Positions 35,511-49,759 of a stretch of DNA of 64,000 nucleotides are shown here, in pieces (the first letter of the stretch is position 1; each line of letters opens with the position of its first letter). Below the pieces are notes generated by a model. The model was given only the letters and a program-made list of their open reading frames with translations. It made no database searches and was not told where the DNA came from. A program made the position numbers and the translations under genes. Origin of the DNA: Podarcis pityusensis (Eukaryota); the NCBI GenBank assembly GCA_964106645.2, contig OZ067045.1; one strand, 5' to 3'.

Positions 35511-36052
35511 AGATCAGCTGCAAGCCCTGTTTATGCAGGAAAGGCCTCTTTCTCTCTCTCTCTCTCCCTCACAAACACACAATTACATTAAAATCCCTTT
35601 TCTTTTTTTTCTTAAAAACAAACCAACCAGAAGGGTTGGGCTTTTTTTCTCGGAGGAAGACCTGCTTCACCCACCCATTCCCACAGCTCTTTTTCCAACC
35701 CAGACGAGAGAAAAGACCCACAGATACGTCCACAAGTTGGTCTGAAATGAAAAAAAGAACCAGCTCCCTCCCCAAATGATTAAAAAATCTCCATGCTTGG
35801 TCTTCTGGAACCAATTCTCTCTCACTGCAGGCTTCCTGGGAAATGGCTATTATCAAGCCTTCCCATGGCCTTGGGTGCTGGCACAGTTTAAGTGTCTGAG
35901 CAGCAGGAATGTTCATAGATATTCCGCAATACCTCCAGCAGTGGAGTCAGTAGCGAGGCAGTGCTAATTTCAATCCACAGAAGCCAGGGTTCAAACCAAG
36001 CGTGTTTTTAATTGAGTATTTCTCTCCAGTTGTGTTTCTTTGATTTGAAGGC

Positions 36053-36091
<39 letters not shown>
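36053..36091. repeat. (AAT)n microsatellite
   Basis: About 12-13 perfect units. Confidence 0.95.
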
Positions 36092-36092
<1 letters not shown>

Positions 36093-38875
36093 CAACACAC
36101 TACTGTTTCCCTGCACACCCAGATAATCTGTATGGGTATATTAGATATCTCATTAATCTCTCATTGGCCAAAAAATTGTCCAACATGGCTTTGACTTTGC
36201 AGAGTTAACACAGATTATTATTTGTTTTAACCCAAGCTCGACCTCACACTGTTTGACTATGTTCAAAGACCACCAAGGAGGGCGGCTGCTTTTTGCCCAG
36301 CATTTGTGGGTGCAATAGATGGCTGCTTGTTGCTCCTCAGAGAAACAGCACAAATCCTCTAGGACTGAACAACCTTCACCGACAAATCTGAACGAAAGCA
36401 TAAAAAGTCCCGCCGATCTTATTCTACCAGCTCCTCTGGGACAAGTAGGTGGCAGGCTGTTTTTTAAGCCCTGCTTTATTTGCTTGCCTTTCTCCACAAG
36501 GATGCCTTTTGCCAGCTATAGGCCGGGCAAGCCCGTCTAAGGGAGGTGCAGATAGTGAGGTCACGTGTCAGAGCCCAGGCCGCACTGGCGAGGGAATCTG
36601 GCTTAAATGGAAGGAATTGGTGGGTGGGGGTCAGAATAGCAGATGGTAGGTGGTTAAATATAGCACCCGGAAGATGAGAACACACCTCCTGTCACTGTAT
36701 GAGATGCTTGGGGGGGGGGGCTGGCTCTTGCTAGCCACTCCAAATAGAGCAAACTTAAATCCCAAACTGGGGGTTGGGGAATAAACGAGGGGGGATGAGA
36801 CAGGGAGTAGCGGTGAGGTGATTATGGACCAGCAATGGGAAAACAAACCATGAAATATAACTAGCCTGGCATAGCTCCTGCAGAATACATTAACTCTCTA
36901 TGGAACACTGAAGTGCCAACCTGAAGCAAGACAAGTGCAGGTATAGTTACCTGGAGCTATATAAAAAAAACCCCCAGGTAACCAGAGTGCCAAATAAGAG
37001 GCTCACACCGCTGTTTTGAGATGCATTTCCTTTAACCTATCTCTTGCACCATGAGTACATGCACACAGGATTCAGAATCCCTCTGGTTCAGAATCTAAAG
37101 GACTCCAGAAAGACTTGGAACCGGCGTCTCGTTTTACGGGTTGCTGGAGACTGAAAAATGCCAGCACAAGAACTACAACCTTCGTAAGCAAGTAAAGCAA
37201 TTTATTACACCAAAGGAAGGAGATCGTTCCAGGGTGGCAAATGGCGAGGCGTCCTTTCTGTGCTGAAGGGGGAAGACGCCCAGATACTTTCAAGCAATGT
37301 AATGTATGCAGTAAATGGGCTTCTCATGCCCGGGACAATCCCTCAAGCTAAACAACAGTTCGATTGGAATACATGCACTACAGCAAAGAGGCTGCCTTTA
37401 GCACATTAGAAATACTGACTTCCAAAGTATAAAGTTGTCCAGCGCAGCAGGTCTGGGGTAGTCGGGAGAAAGGTGGGCATCTTGCCATTTGGCTTGGTGA
37501 ATGATCTCTCTTCAGGTGTGCTGGCAGCCATGGGCTCTACACTTCCCCAGCCTCAAGAAAGCCAGAAAGCACACCCCATGGCCATCAAAGGCATTTTCAA
37601 GAGACACAGGCTTTGAGATCATAACCCAAAGATAAGGTCTTTACTGTGATCAGCGTCCCACCCATCAAAAAACCGAACAGTAAATATTTTCAAATAAGAC
37701 TGCTTGCTATAGTTTTCAGAAGTTTTGTTCTAATGACAATTTCTTTAAAAAACAAACCTTTTTACAAAGAACACAGATTTCAAACATGAAACAACTGGTT
37801 TCTATGTGTTTTCTCTCCCTCTGTAGAATACAAGATGACAGTCAAGCAACCCAGACAAGCCCTGGTTGGGGATAAAGTGGAAGGCCACAGACCAGGCTAA
37901 TCGTGGAGGAAAGTCGAGAAAGAACCCGACAGCTAGGGCTGAAACACAGGCAGAGAGGGGGACAGTCCTTGCTCCAAGGTCACAGACATACAGCGGAGAC
38001 ATGCTGGAGAGAGGCGGCAGCGGCAGCAGTGGCTGGGTTGGTGGAGGAAAAATCAAAGCAGAAAGAAAGCAGCCCTAAATTAAACACATTATTCCTCAAG
38101 GGCCAAGAGCAGGGTAATTATGAGCAGAGTGATGAAATTGGAGGACCCTAAGCTTAGGCTACAGCAACTCCACACCAGGTTTAGCCATATGGTCTAAATT
38201 AAAAGCAAAATTAGGTATTTTCACAGGTGAAATATTGTCAGAACAGGCAAGGGTTTGTGGTTCGTGAATCACCATGGGGTCCATTCAAGTGGCCTGTGGC
38301 ATGTCTGTGGATGTGTGGGGTGAAGACAGGTGGTGCCACATTCATCACATTAAATATCCATATTGATTTTTAACTGTATTTTCATTGCTTCTTTTATTTC
38401 TTACAATGCATTTTATTGTGCTACCATGTGAATTCTATGGAATACAATAAAATGCAACGTGTAATAAACAAAAGGAGAAATAAAAATACACTTAAATACT
38501 GTACAGCATCTAGCACAGCACATTGCAATCAATGCAGCATGCAGAAGAGACATTAAGTGGACTGCCAAGATGCCTGGCGATGTTCAGGAGGAGGTTTGTG
38601 GGAGGCAAGAGCAGGGGGGAGCTTGGGGGACTCCTGGAATAAGCTAAACCCAGGAAGCAGAGTCATATCCCAATGACTAACTTGTACCACTGATTCCAAT
38701 GGGGACTTAACCTGTGTTCCAGCCCAATATCTACTTATACAAGGAGGAACCAGTTTGGAACATAGGATGCTGTCACATTCTGTCACCCTTCAGAATGACC
38801 AGTCAACAGGTCTTGGGACAATACAATGCATAGGAACTTAGGATGTTGCCTTACACTGAGTCAGACCACTGGCCC

Positions 38876-39020
38876 ACCTGGATAGCTCAGTTGGTTAGAG
38901 CATGCTGCTGAAAACACCAAGGTTTCAGGTTCAATCCCTGTATGGGATGACTGCATATTCCTGCATTACAGGGGTTGGGCTAGATAATCCTCGAGTTCCT
39001 TCCAACTCTATGATTCTATG
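38876..39020 (+). mobile_element. tRNA-Ile-derived SINE with CR1-type tail, nested in a Squam3-like tail fragment
   Basis: TAGCTCAGTTGGTTAGAGCATGCTGCTGAAAACACCAAGGTTTCAGGTTCAATCCCTGTATGGG resembles tRNA-Ile; tail CCTTCCAACTCTATGATTCTATG. Confidence 0.7.
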
Positions 39021-39319
39021 GATCAGCATTGTATATTGTAGACACCAGGCTTGCGAGATCTAGTGTGTTTCACCTGGTACAAAAGATAAACATCTTTCAG
39101 AGCCCAAGAATTTATTTTGGGCTCCAAAACTGAACAGAGCTCACAGGTTTTCCTCTCCTGGAAACTGCCCCCCTTTTTTATTTTATTTTGTTAGAGTTTC
39201 CTGAAGTCAGTTTTGTTGGTATTGCTGAACAACTGAGAATCAGAAATCCTTGCTGATTTACTTCACAGCACCCAGATATCCACCTGCAGATCCTGATCCA
39301 TCTTCTGGCCACCCCTGAT

Positions 39320-39450
39320 CTATACTGACTGGTAGCTGTTCTCCAGGGGTTCAGGCAGGAGTCCCTCCCAGCCCTTCCTGGAGAAGCCAGGGATTGAATT
39401 TGGGACCTTCTGTATGCAAAACCTTGTGCTCTGCTCCTGAGCCATGGCCC
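39320..39450 (-). mobile_element. Squam3-like SINE fragment
   Basis: Reverse complement of the tRNA-Ala head and body. Confidence 0.65.
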
Positions 39451-42400
39451 TTGGATCACAACTGGTCCCCAAGGATCACGCCCCTCTTTATTGCCCAAAA
39501 TACACATGGCTAAAGGCAATTTCACACATGCATGTTGATCATTTGATGACTGCCAAATTATTGGGGGGGGGGGGGAGACACGGACTGATGGCTTGCCTGA
39601 GAGAATGAGCTGCCCTGCATTGCCTCCTACCATTTCAAAAGCACTGCTTTTCAAGAGTCAGTTCACACATCCAGTTGAGAGTCATCCAGCAACAAAAGGA
39701 GCCTGCCTCAACTAGCAGAACAGAACCCACGGCTGCAACCCAGAGAGAGGCTGAAAAGCATGCAAAGGCACACGCAATTAATTTCTGCAGGACAGAGCCT
39801 GATGGAGCGCAGCCAGCAAGCAACACCAGAGAGGCGCCTCTGGGAAACTTAATTCAGGAGAAGAACATCTTTCTGCTAAACTAAATCCACCATTCATGGC
39901 AAAGGTGATATGAGAAAGGCAGGTCAAGGCATATTTTTCACACCGATATAGAACAAGGTCACTGTGCAATCTTCTGCCGCTTCGAGGTGACAGTCGAAGA
40001 CGTGCTTTCAGAATCCCCAGGCCAACCTTTCTGAGTGCACCCTGCAATCTTATTTTAGAATTCTCTCTTTCGGGAAATATAGCTCTGCTCGTCACAACTC
40101 CCCTTTCATTTGCACCAGCCTGAAACTGAGAATATGCAGTGTTACCCAAGATGGGTCCTGGCACACGAGGAGGAGAGGCTGCGCTTGCATCCAGAATATA
40201 ACACGGGCTGCCGACGGCACACCACTGAGCATAACTCTGCTCACAGAAGCATGGAGTGGAAATAAACAAGGTTGCAATAGGCGCCTTTTTGCCAAGTGGA
40301 GATGCTCACAGCTGTGCAACCACAATGAGCTGTGTGCAAGTGTTAGAGGCTTTCAGAACCTCATGGGATTTTCGGCAACGGCCGCTCTAGGGAAAAGGAG
40401 GAGGACACAGTCCAATGCTCAGATGACACCCTCAGCCACTTTGTGGCATTTCAAGAAGAAACCATTTGAGCTACTGATGCAAATGGGGCCAGAGAGCGTG
40501 AAACTGAATTCATGTACTCTGTTGCTGCTCTCCTCTTCTCATTTTAAATGCCAGGCATGGAAGCATCTGTACTGAAGAAGGCCAAATGAACTACAAACTC
40601 AAACAAGTGGCCACACGATCCCTTGATCATGAGGGCATGGCAGGCGATCTGCAACCCATCCCAGATATTTAACAATTACAGTGTTTTGCTTTTCTTTTCT
40701 TTTGCTCATGCACTTCATTTATGCTGTGCTCCCCCTCCCACCTGAGAACGCCTCAGGAGGTCCCCAGGTGCCTCCCCATTTAGATGCTGACGAAACTCAG
40801 AACGGCTGGGCTTCCACACTGCTTCTGCTGCATCATCAAAGATCTTCAGGCCATGTTCTAATAAAAAGAGCTGCCAGGCCAGTGCTTCACAAGCACCATA
40901 TTTTGAACTGAGATAAGGGACAAGAGACCTGCAGCTTTGGCTCTGACCCACTTTCGGCTCCAACCCATTCATGAATTGCAAGAGGTTGGACTAGACGGCC
41001 CTTTGGGTCTCTTCCAACTCTCTAATTCTATGATTCCCACCAGAGCAGTCTTTGGTGTTCTCCAGATGTTGCTGGAGTCCAGCTACTATAATCCCTTACC
41101 ACTTGCTGGGGTTGATGGGAAGTGTAGTCCAAACAGCAACAGGAGGACTCCAGGTTTACGTCTGGCACACTCTTATTTCCATGTACTGGGGTGGGGAGGG
41201 GTGCATGATCCTGTGGCATCAAGGTATTTCACCAGCTGAAATGGAGCTGCCCTATGCCTGGTAAAAGTAATAAGTGCAAAAACGACTAGTTTCCTCCACC
41301 ATAGCCTGACCCTCCAAAGGCACCTCAGCTCATCCCTTGGCAAAGCTGTGCCACTTCTGCACATGGCTACTACCTGTGGCCCACGAAAACTGCTGTAGGA
41401 AACCCCCATCTACAGTCATCAAGCCAAAAGGAGAACAGGCACAAACCACAGGAAAGCCTGCAAGCCCCCCGCCTTCTCAGATGTTGGCTGTGATGCTCCT
41501 GCTCCTGCAAAGGGAGGCAGAAGTACCCTTCCTCTCATATGCTGGAATTACCATTCTACTCACAGCAGGTCACTGACATCCTCCAACCCTCCAGTGCAGT
41601 GTCTTGAAACAGAGAAAGAAAAAGCCAGCAGAAAAAGAAAGGAAAAACACACGACCAGACAACTTGCAGCCTGCCAAGCTGCCCGCATCTGCTTATTGCT
41701 CCCTATTTCTGGTTAGAAATGCTTACTTATTTGAAGCCCATTTTATAGAACTAATAAACCGTCAGAAATTTTAAAATAACTCGCGTTCTTGTATGAAACG
41801 ATCACAGCTGTGCTACCTAATTCCACAGGACGCTGCCTGGAGAGACATTTCCATAGAATGCCAATAAGCAATTGCTGTAAACACCCAGATGGCTGATTTT
41901 TATCACCGGATGCAGAGGCTTCGGCTCACAATGCGGCTCTCCTCTTTATCGCTCAACAGCCGCGGCAAAATGCAGCCGCCTCCTCACTGGAAATGTCAGG
42001 CTCCTGAAGTCAAGGGGAAGGAGTCCAGGGTGACAAGTGCTGCCCCTCACTTGCTCACCTACCCCCTTCCCTGGACTGTCCTCTCCCCACAAAGTCCCAT
42101 GACCCAGTCCCAGGGATAATGGAAATTACATCTAGGTTTTCATGTGCCATGACCCTATGTATGTGTAAACTGCTGCATGGGGTGAACGAGATGATCCTTA
42201 TGGGATCCTTTCAACTTTACAATTATGTGATTCTATGGACACATGCAAGAGACAGCAGGAGCAGGTAAGAGTGCACAGAGCTGTAAAGAAAAACAAAACA
42301 GGCCAAGGTGGGTCCCTTTTGACAATGCACTGAACTCTTTGTTGCCATTGCAGACATACAGGGCTTACACCATGGAGATGCAGGGACAGGATAACATCTC

Positions 42401-42841
42401 TGCCTTTGTGCACAGAACACCAGGGCCGTGAGAGCTTTCCAACATCAAACCTCAAGCTTAGGATGCATGCCCTACTATCCACCCCACCCTACCCGCAAAT
42501 CTCCATGAAATGGGTTCAAAGTAGGTGTGAAGGAGAGGCAACTGACCTCGGGCAAAGCAGGATAATACACAAGGAGTTGCTTCCAAGAGACCCCCCCCCA
42601 ACCTCTCATGTCCATTTTAATATGTAATTTAGAAACATGGAAAGCGAGTAGAAAGTTTGGTTGAGGTAAGGAAGCTGGGACTTCTCTGCACCTGCCTGTC
42701 TGCTTCATCCTGCCCTCTCTCCTTCACACAAACTCTTGTCTTTCAGCTTCCACTCATCTCCATGGCCTCAGGTGGCCAACTCCCATATCCCAAGAGGAGG
42801 TGTATTTGGCAGAGTGCACTGGGACCACTTCCCCCTCAAAA

Positions 42842-42872
<31 letters not shown>

Positions 42873-44211
42873 GTGGTTAGTCTCCATTAAACAGTTGGTA
42901 AGGTACTATGCCATTTTGGAGCATTTATAACCAGGCGTAGTACTAAAGGCAAAAACACACACACGTCACACCCATATATTATGAGGATTACTGTTTAACA
43001 TGCTTATATGCCGCTTTTTTGTCAGAAGTGGCCTCAAAGCAGTTTACAAAATAAAAATAAATAAATAAATAAATATTACAAATCACATTATACAGTTAAG
43101 ATAACAGTGAAATATCAGCAGCACCCACATCAATAATAAAACCACAGTATTAAGCCACACATGTGACCTGTACATGGTTGGTTCCTGACCCCTGACCCCA
43201 ACTTCACAAAAGAGCCTGTATGCAAGAAAAAGGGAGGAATCCACCCAGCTTGGCAGTTCCGCGGCTGCGTTCCTTTCAATTGTTCTCGCGCCTCGGCAGA
43301 GCCTAGTGGATTGCTCCCTTAACAGTTTTAATTTAATTTTCCAGCGATAACACTGTTGGAGCAGAAGAGAGAAAGGCTGCCATAAAAGAAAAGAATTAAA
43401 TTATATACTGTAAAACGGTTTGCATCCCCGGGGAGCGAGCAGGGAACAAAGAGTTGTTTGGAAGAAAGAGAGATGTCGATAGATAAACCTTTGTGTTCTT
43501 AGAACGAGTAGCCTCTCATTACCATTGCTGTGCTGTGGACACAGGAAGGGAAAAAAATATTTAAACCTGGGCCTTGAGGAAGGTCTGGAGGCCCTGAAGT
43601 AGGCCATTGGGGCTGATGGAAGCACGATCATGCTGGTGGCAACTGATGGGATTCCCAGTCCAAAACCAGGCTGATGATGGACAATATCAGCTTTGCCCAC
43701 ATCAGCTAAACTATAGCTTGGTCTTAAGAGGACAAGCCTCTGGTTCACAGAGACTTCATCTACTTCTACTAACTACGTCCTGGTTTGATCAAACCACAGT
43801 TTCTTGCTACATCTGAAACAATTTTTTGAAACTGTCCTCCAAACCAGAATGCAAACCATGGTTTGAAGCTGGCTGGGCCACCTTGCTCAGGAAGCAAGCA
43901 CAAATCTTGCTCGCTGGTGAAGGTGGAATGTGCAGCTAGTCTGATCATACCAGAAAGCAGCAGAAGCTGAACACTCAAGAGGAGGAGGGGAGGGGAGGGG
44001 AAGGGCATGTTCATGGGGCTTGCCCCCAAAGCACCATGGTTTGGCTGAATTGAACCGTTGCTTTGGTTAAATGTTTGCTTGCCTTCTGATGCTGACCTCA
44101 GCAGACGCAAGACAAAAGGTACCCTGGACAGCTCCTTGAGTTCTGCATGAGAGCAGAGCTTCAGGTGCAGCTAATTCTCAACTTGCAGCTTTGTTCCTCC
44201 TTCACTTAGAG

Positions 44212-44347
44212 CAGGCACCCCCAAATTCGGCCCTCCAGATGTTTTGGGGCTATAATTCCCATCATCCCTGACCACTGGTCCTGTTAGCTAGTGATGATGG
44301 GAGTTGTAGTCCCAAAACATCTGGAGGGCTGAGTTTGGGGATGCCTG
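44212..44347. mobile_element. hAT MITE
   Basis: Perfect 8-bp TSD ACTTAGAG; long imperfect TIR CAGGCACCCCCAAATTCGGCCCTCCAGATGTTTTGGG. Confidence 0.9.
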
Positions 44348-47300
44348 ACTTAGAGGTACTCTAAGGGCACCAGCCTCTCTCTTCCAGTGGTCATTTACTC
44401 CAGTAGAGAGGGGAGACTTTAGTTGCATGGAGCCTTCTGAGATGGACTGCTCTGAGTCAGAGGTGGGCAGTGTCTTTGGGTCAGAGGTGTACTGGCTCCT
44501 TGGGCTCTCCTTGTCTACCTCCAGCATGACACAAGCAGAGCCTGGCAAGTTCTTAGTTGGAACAGCACCTAGAAAACTCACCATCATATCCACCTCTTAA
44601 CTGTGCAACGAGTCAGACAGGAAGATGAAAGGGCAGCTACCCCATGCTGGGCTAGGTGACAAAAGGTATTTTGAGATATGTTTTATTTTTGGAGTCAGGA
44701 AGCGGGGTGGGGTGGGGAAATAAAATGCTCAGCTGTTTCTTTGTTGGAACTGCTTGGAACCTGAGACAAGTAAGTTTGCTCTCTACAAACCCTGGACCCC
44801 AAAACATGGTTTGGGACTCATACACTAGTGCAGCCCATCAAAGGTGCCTTCTATTTAGTTGCAGAGTTAAAACCAGACACTTGCAGAGCACACCACCTGG
44901 TGAATTAGATGCCCTTGGGCATTTCACCCTTCTACAATTCTATGTAAGTGTTTAAGAATATGATAAATGTGGGAAAGTAAGGAGTTTTCAGCTACCTGGG
45001 AATCTTAGCTTGTATCGTAAGAAAAGGAAATTGCAAAGACAGCTTGGGAAATAAGGGAGAACTGCCTGCTAAAACCTCAAAAGCCAGTGGGGCAGAGGCC
45101 AAAGGTGGTCCCCAGGGACTCCAGCCGAGACTTCATTGCTTCTGCACACAAACTAGCAGAAACCAATATGCAAAATTAAGTGGAGTGATTTATGTGGGTC
45201 ACAGAATCCAAAATTTGGGGTCAACAGTACACAGGTTACTTTTTGTTTGTTCAAATAATGTTTAACCCATCTTCAACACCCAAGGGAGAGAGAGCACAAG
45301 GAGGAAAAGAAAAAACAAGGATATGTTGCAGTGTCTAAAATCACAGAGTCACTGCCAGCAGCTTCCTGCTCCATGGTTCAGAATGCCAGGGGGGAAAGGG
45401 CACATGTGTGACACTGGCAAAAATGCACTTCAGGTTCTTTGGGGCAGGGATCATCCAGGAAAAGGGAAACCATGTGCGGATCCCAATACTAGCAGTTGCC
45501 TTGCAGTTTACCCAAATACAATGGTCCTCTCACTGGTTGCTTTGCTACAGGGCACAGGCAGTGGGAGTCTTTACCAGACTTGCTACCCAGAGCCATCTAA
45601 CCCAAGCCCTTCTGCATCCAAAGCATGTGTCCTTCCACTGAACTATGACCGCTCCCCCAGGACAGGGTACCTTTCCAAGGATGCCAACTCCCAACCAAGG
45701 AGTGCTGTCTTACTCTATTTACAGAGGAGAAGGTGTGCTCATTCATATCAGCCAGAAACAAATGCTCCCTGCATGTGATTTGTACCACTCAAGAGGGGTG
45801 GGGCTAGAGATAAAAGAACAAGCATATCCAGCTTAGCCAAGGATGAAGAAAAGTTGTCAAAAGCAGTAGGGCAAGAATTCCTCTGCAAAGGTCCCACCTC
45901 CATCAGCCACACCCAGGGTAGATCTGACCACCCTACTGTCAGTCTTGACGTCGGATTCCTTAGGCCCAAAAGGAAATGGCCTTTAGGCTGCCCTAGAATC
46001 CAGACAGCCTCTTTGCTCTGCAAGTTCTGGGTGCTAAGATAAGGCATAGAAACTTCTATTGGACAGCAACAATGGAGCAGGTTTGGAAGTGCTTTTAAAT
46101 ACCTAATAGGGAAAACAACCCGACACATCATTTTAGTGTACACAAAAACGATGTACGAAGTTCATAACCAATTCACCACACCACAACTGGAGTTAAAAAA
46201 AATAAAAATAAAAGAGCAGAATGCTTACGACAATGATGGATATAAAGCACCAGCTGTTCAGGGGGGAAGAGGGGGGCAGATAATGAAAAGGAAAGGAAAG
46301 CCACATCTGAAAGACACTTTTTATTTGGGCAAGCTTTTAGCCGCAGGGAATCCGCATTGGTGTTGTGTTATTTCAGCTGCGTGTTTATATCTGCAATATA
46401 TTTGGCATTTTATACAACTGCTATCTTTTAGGATGCTGTACAATGCTCCGACTTGAAGATACGACCAAATATGAATATAAAAATACATTCCATAGTTTGA
46501 GAGAAGACTTTGAAGAGAGGAAATGCTGCTGTGTTCATCAGCCCAGACTGACTTCACCCGCCTGAGAAAGCTCAGGAATCTTTGCACCAGGCCACTGTCC
46601 AAAACATGTGACAATCGTTTAAAAAGCCAGGCAGTTACTGATCTGTAGCCATCTTGATCCAAGGAGGCTCAAGGTAAAGCTCAGCCCAGGGGCTTTAGAA
46701 GGTTAGAGATGTTTGGCACCGATTTGAGTCTTAATGCTGGAGCACTTCAAGACACATTAGTGCACCTAGATGCTGCAACTAATTGTGAAGACAGCTGGGA
46801 GACTAGATCAAGGAATCTGGGCCTTGAAACAAGGACATAGATCCGGCTCAGTGAACCATTGTGGGCCTGGAAGCCTGACTCTCTGCTCTTCCTTGGCCAA
46901 CATAGGAGTTTCTTCATGCCTACTGCGTGCCACGATCCAGCTCATGCTACTGAACTTTGAAGTCCTGAACTAAAAGCTGCATGCCTCCCGCTGTCTCAGT
47001 AGTTCCAACCATGACCCTACATACCACAAGAAGGACTGGGGTGATGGGGATGCAAGCCTCAGCTCTGTACCACACACACTCCACTACTGTCTATTCTAAT
47101 TCGCAGCAGACCTCCAGAGGTCTGGTGTGTTCTGCTGAAGATGCTAGGGAATGAATTTGGGGTCTTTGGCATAGAAAGCAGGTCCTCCGTCACCAAGCTA
47201 GGTGCCATCCAAGACCCAGTTAAGCCAGTATGCCAAGAGACTGGGTGCACTGGCCCAAGGGATGCAACCGCAGCTCTGCAGCATGTGACTAGGGGCTGCA

Positions 47301-48372
47301 TTTGGCCCGGGGCAGAGGGAAGAGCGAGAAGATTGGCAGATGGCTGTAAGTAGGAGTTTTACAAACCAACACTGCACCTACACAAATCCATGACACACCT
47401 GGGAAAGGGTCTCCCTGCATTGCTGCTTCTGGCTGACATTTTGACAGCTTTAAAATACACAAGCCTGAAACACGAAAGTGCCTGGGTTTATTGGTTCTTG
47501 AGCTGGGAGCAGCTTCATCAATGACGGCTGTTTGCCTGAGAGCATGATTAAGTTATTTCGAAAACGGGCCCTCACTGTGCCTCTGGAGAGATTCCAAAGT
47601 TTCTGCACTTGTTTTGAAATTTTGAGTTGCTGCTGGAAGGTTCCTGTGACCTGGCAAGGCTGGGTACTTCTCCTGCTTTGACGCCTCCCAGCTCGACTTG
47701 GGGGGCATCCTGGGCTGCAACGCTGCGGCAGAGCAGCAGGCAGTGGAGAATGCTGATCCAAGAACCGTGAGGTTTCACTCAAAAGCTCTCAATGCACGTG
47801 CATAATTCTGTACTCCAACCTTAATGCCCAACCATTCCTGACTGTGGCCTCTATGCTTCCAGATCTGCCCCTCTTCATACAGTTCTGGCTCCTATGCCTG
47901 GAACTCCGCCCCTCAACACCTAACTGCATGGTGTGATCCCCATCTCACAGTCTTGAGACGTTGTCTGCAACTTAACCTTTTTTCTTTTGGCCTAACTGCT
48001 TCATCCTTATTCCCAACCAAAAATGCATTGGCTTACTCACATTTAAACCTTGGTGCACCCAAGCCTCCCTTCTGTTGTTTTCATTTGCTTCTGGACACTT
48101 ACTAGAGAGCAGGCATGTGGTGCTACTTGGGGAGGAATATGAAGACCGCGTTGCAGAGTCAGGAGGCAGCATTCACATCATGATGGTTGAGCTTCTCCAG
48201 GACCAAGTGTGTGCCCTTCTGGAAGCCTCATCTCACCTTTCATGCATTTCTCCATTAAGGAAGTACCATAACTATGACCACAACATCAACCTAGACACAC
48301 ACACACACAGTCCCAGCACCTGCTATCTCAGGAACACTTCCTCCAGGCCAAGAGGGCACTCTAGCCTTTTAC

Positions 48373-48474
48373 CTTGGGGTTAGTCCGCTGCTGAAGCCTC
48401 CTCTCTTCCCTCTCTCTCTGCAAACGCTCAAATTCCTCCCTGATCTCAGCAGGCGTCCTCCTCCTTTCCACCAC
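48373..48474 (-). CDS. DNAJC11: DNAJC11 exon 4
   Basis: [34 protein letters not shown]; 102 nt. Not in the ORF track; read by hand. Confidence 0.96.
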
Positions 48475-49276
48475 CTGCGGGAGAAGGAATCAAGCATTTA
48501 GAGGTTATTTGGCAGCAGGACAGCCAGCAAACAAACAAACAACTGTGGGGTGTTTAATCAGAGATGCAACTGGAAACGCTCGAGGGCTTTTAATTCTCTA
48601 TAGACAGGCAGGCTCGGAAGGGCTTTCTGTTTCCTTTCTTCACGCTGCAACATTCTCTCTCTTTCTGTGTCGTTCCCTCCTAGACAAAAGCACAGAGCTT
48701 TTATTGTTTTATTTAGAGTTACCAGTTACACTCCTGGCGCCCAGCTTCGTAAAAACAAATGCACGCAATATGAGACCCTGGCAACCCTAGTAGGGAGCCC
48801 ACACAAAACATGACGTCCATTGAACTGACAGTGTACCAGGATAATATAACAAAACAAGGAGCACCATTCCAAAGAGAGACAACTGCTCAGTGCAGGATAT
48901 GCCGGCACCCAGATAAATGAATTGCAAGCAGTAAGTTGAGGTTCTTTAGTTTCCTGAGAATCCATCTTACACCAGCAACTTTTTTTTTGTCTTTCAGGCC
49001 ATAAATGGCAAAGCAGGCACAAATTACAATAATGGGAGCACACGAGTGCATTCAAACATGAGGTTGCTTTGCTGAAGCTCAATCAGTCTGGATCCAGTCA
49101 GTTCCTGTATGGGAAACCGCCACATGTCCCCAAATGCACCACCCTATGTTCTAGCATGGAAGGAAGGTAGGGTATAAATGTAAGTGAATCTAAGGCCAGC
49201 AGCACAAGGCCAATTCACAGGCACTGGGGTTTTTGCCCTTGTGATAACAAGCCTCACTTTTTAGAGTATTTTAAAG

Positions 49277-49462
49277 AGGAAAGTATCATAACTCAGTGGC
49301 AGAGCATCTGCTTTGCATGCAGAATGTACCAGGTTTAACCCTTGGGATCTCCAGGTAGGGCTGGGGAAAAAACCCTGCCTGAAACTCTGGAGAGCTGCTG
49401 CCAGTTGGTGTAGACAATACTGAGCTACATATGCATACTGTCTAAGGCAGTTTCCAATGTTC
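49277..49462 (+). mobile_element. Squam3-like SINE
   Basis: CTCAGTGGCAGAGCATCTGCTTTGCATGCAGAA...GTAGACAATACTGAGCTA...AAGGCAGTTTCCAATGTTC. Confidence 0.8.
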
Positions 49463-49648
49463 AAAGTGCTTCATCTACATTTTCTCAGAAATCTGTGCAA
49501 CCCCACAAGTGACATCAATACTATCTTCCCCCATATTGCAGATGTGGCATGCCTGCGTCTGCTGGTGGTGGCGGCGCTTGCCTAAAAGGACCAAGTGAGT
49601 TCATGGCAAAGGTTACATTTGAAGCCGTGACTTCTGGGCTCAGTCTTT

Positions 49649-49759
49649 GGGTTGTATCCAAGGCTAGCCCTACACAGAGAAGGCCCATTGCATACAACTA
49701 AGCTTAGGTCCATTAATTTCAATGCCCTACTCTGAGTAGAATTTGGTTGGATACAACCC
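49649..49759. mobile_element. Small palindromic MITE (possibly PIF/Harbinger), nested in an old reverse CORE SINE
   Basis: Perfect 13-bp IR GGGTTGTATCCAA / TTGGATACAACCC; 3-bp flanks TTT/TTA. Confidence 0.55.
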
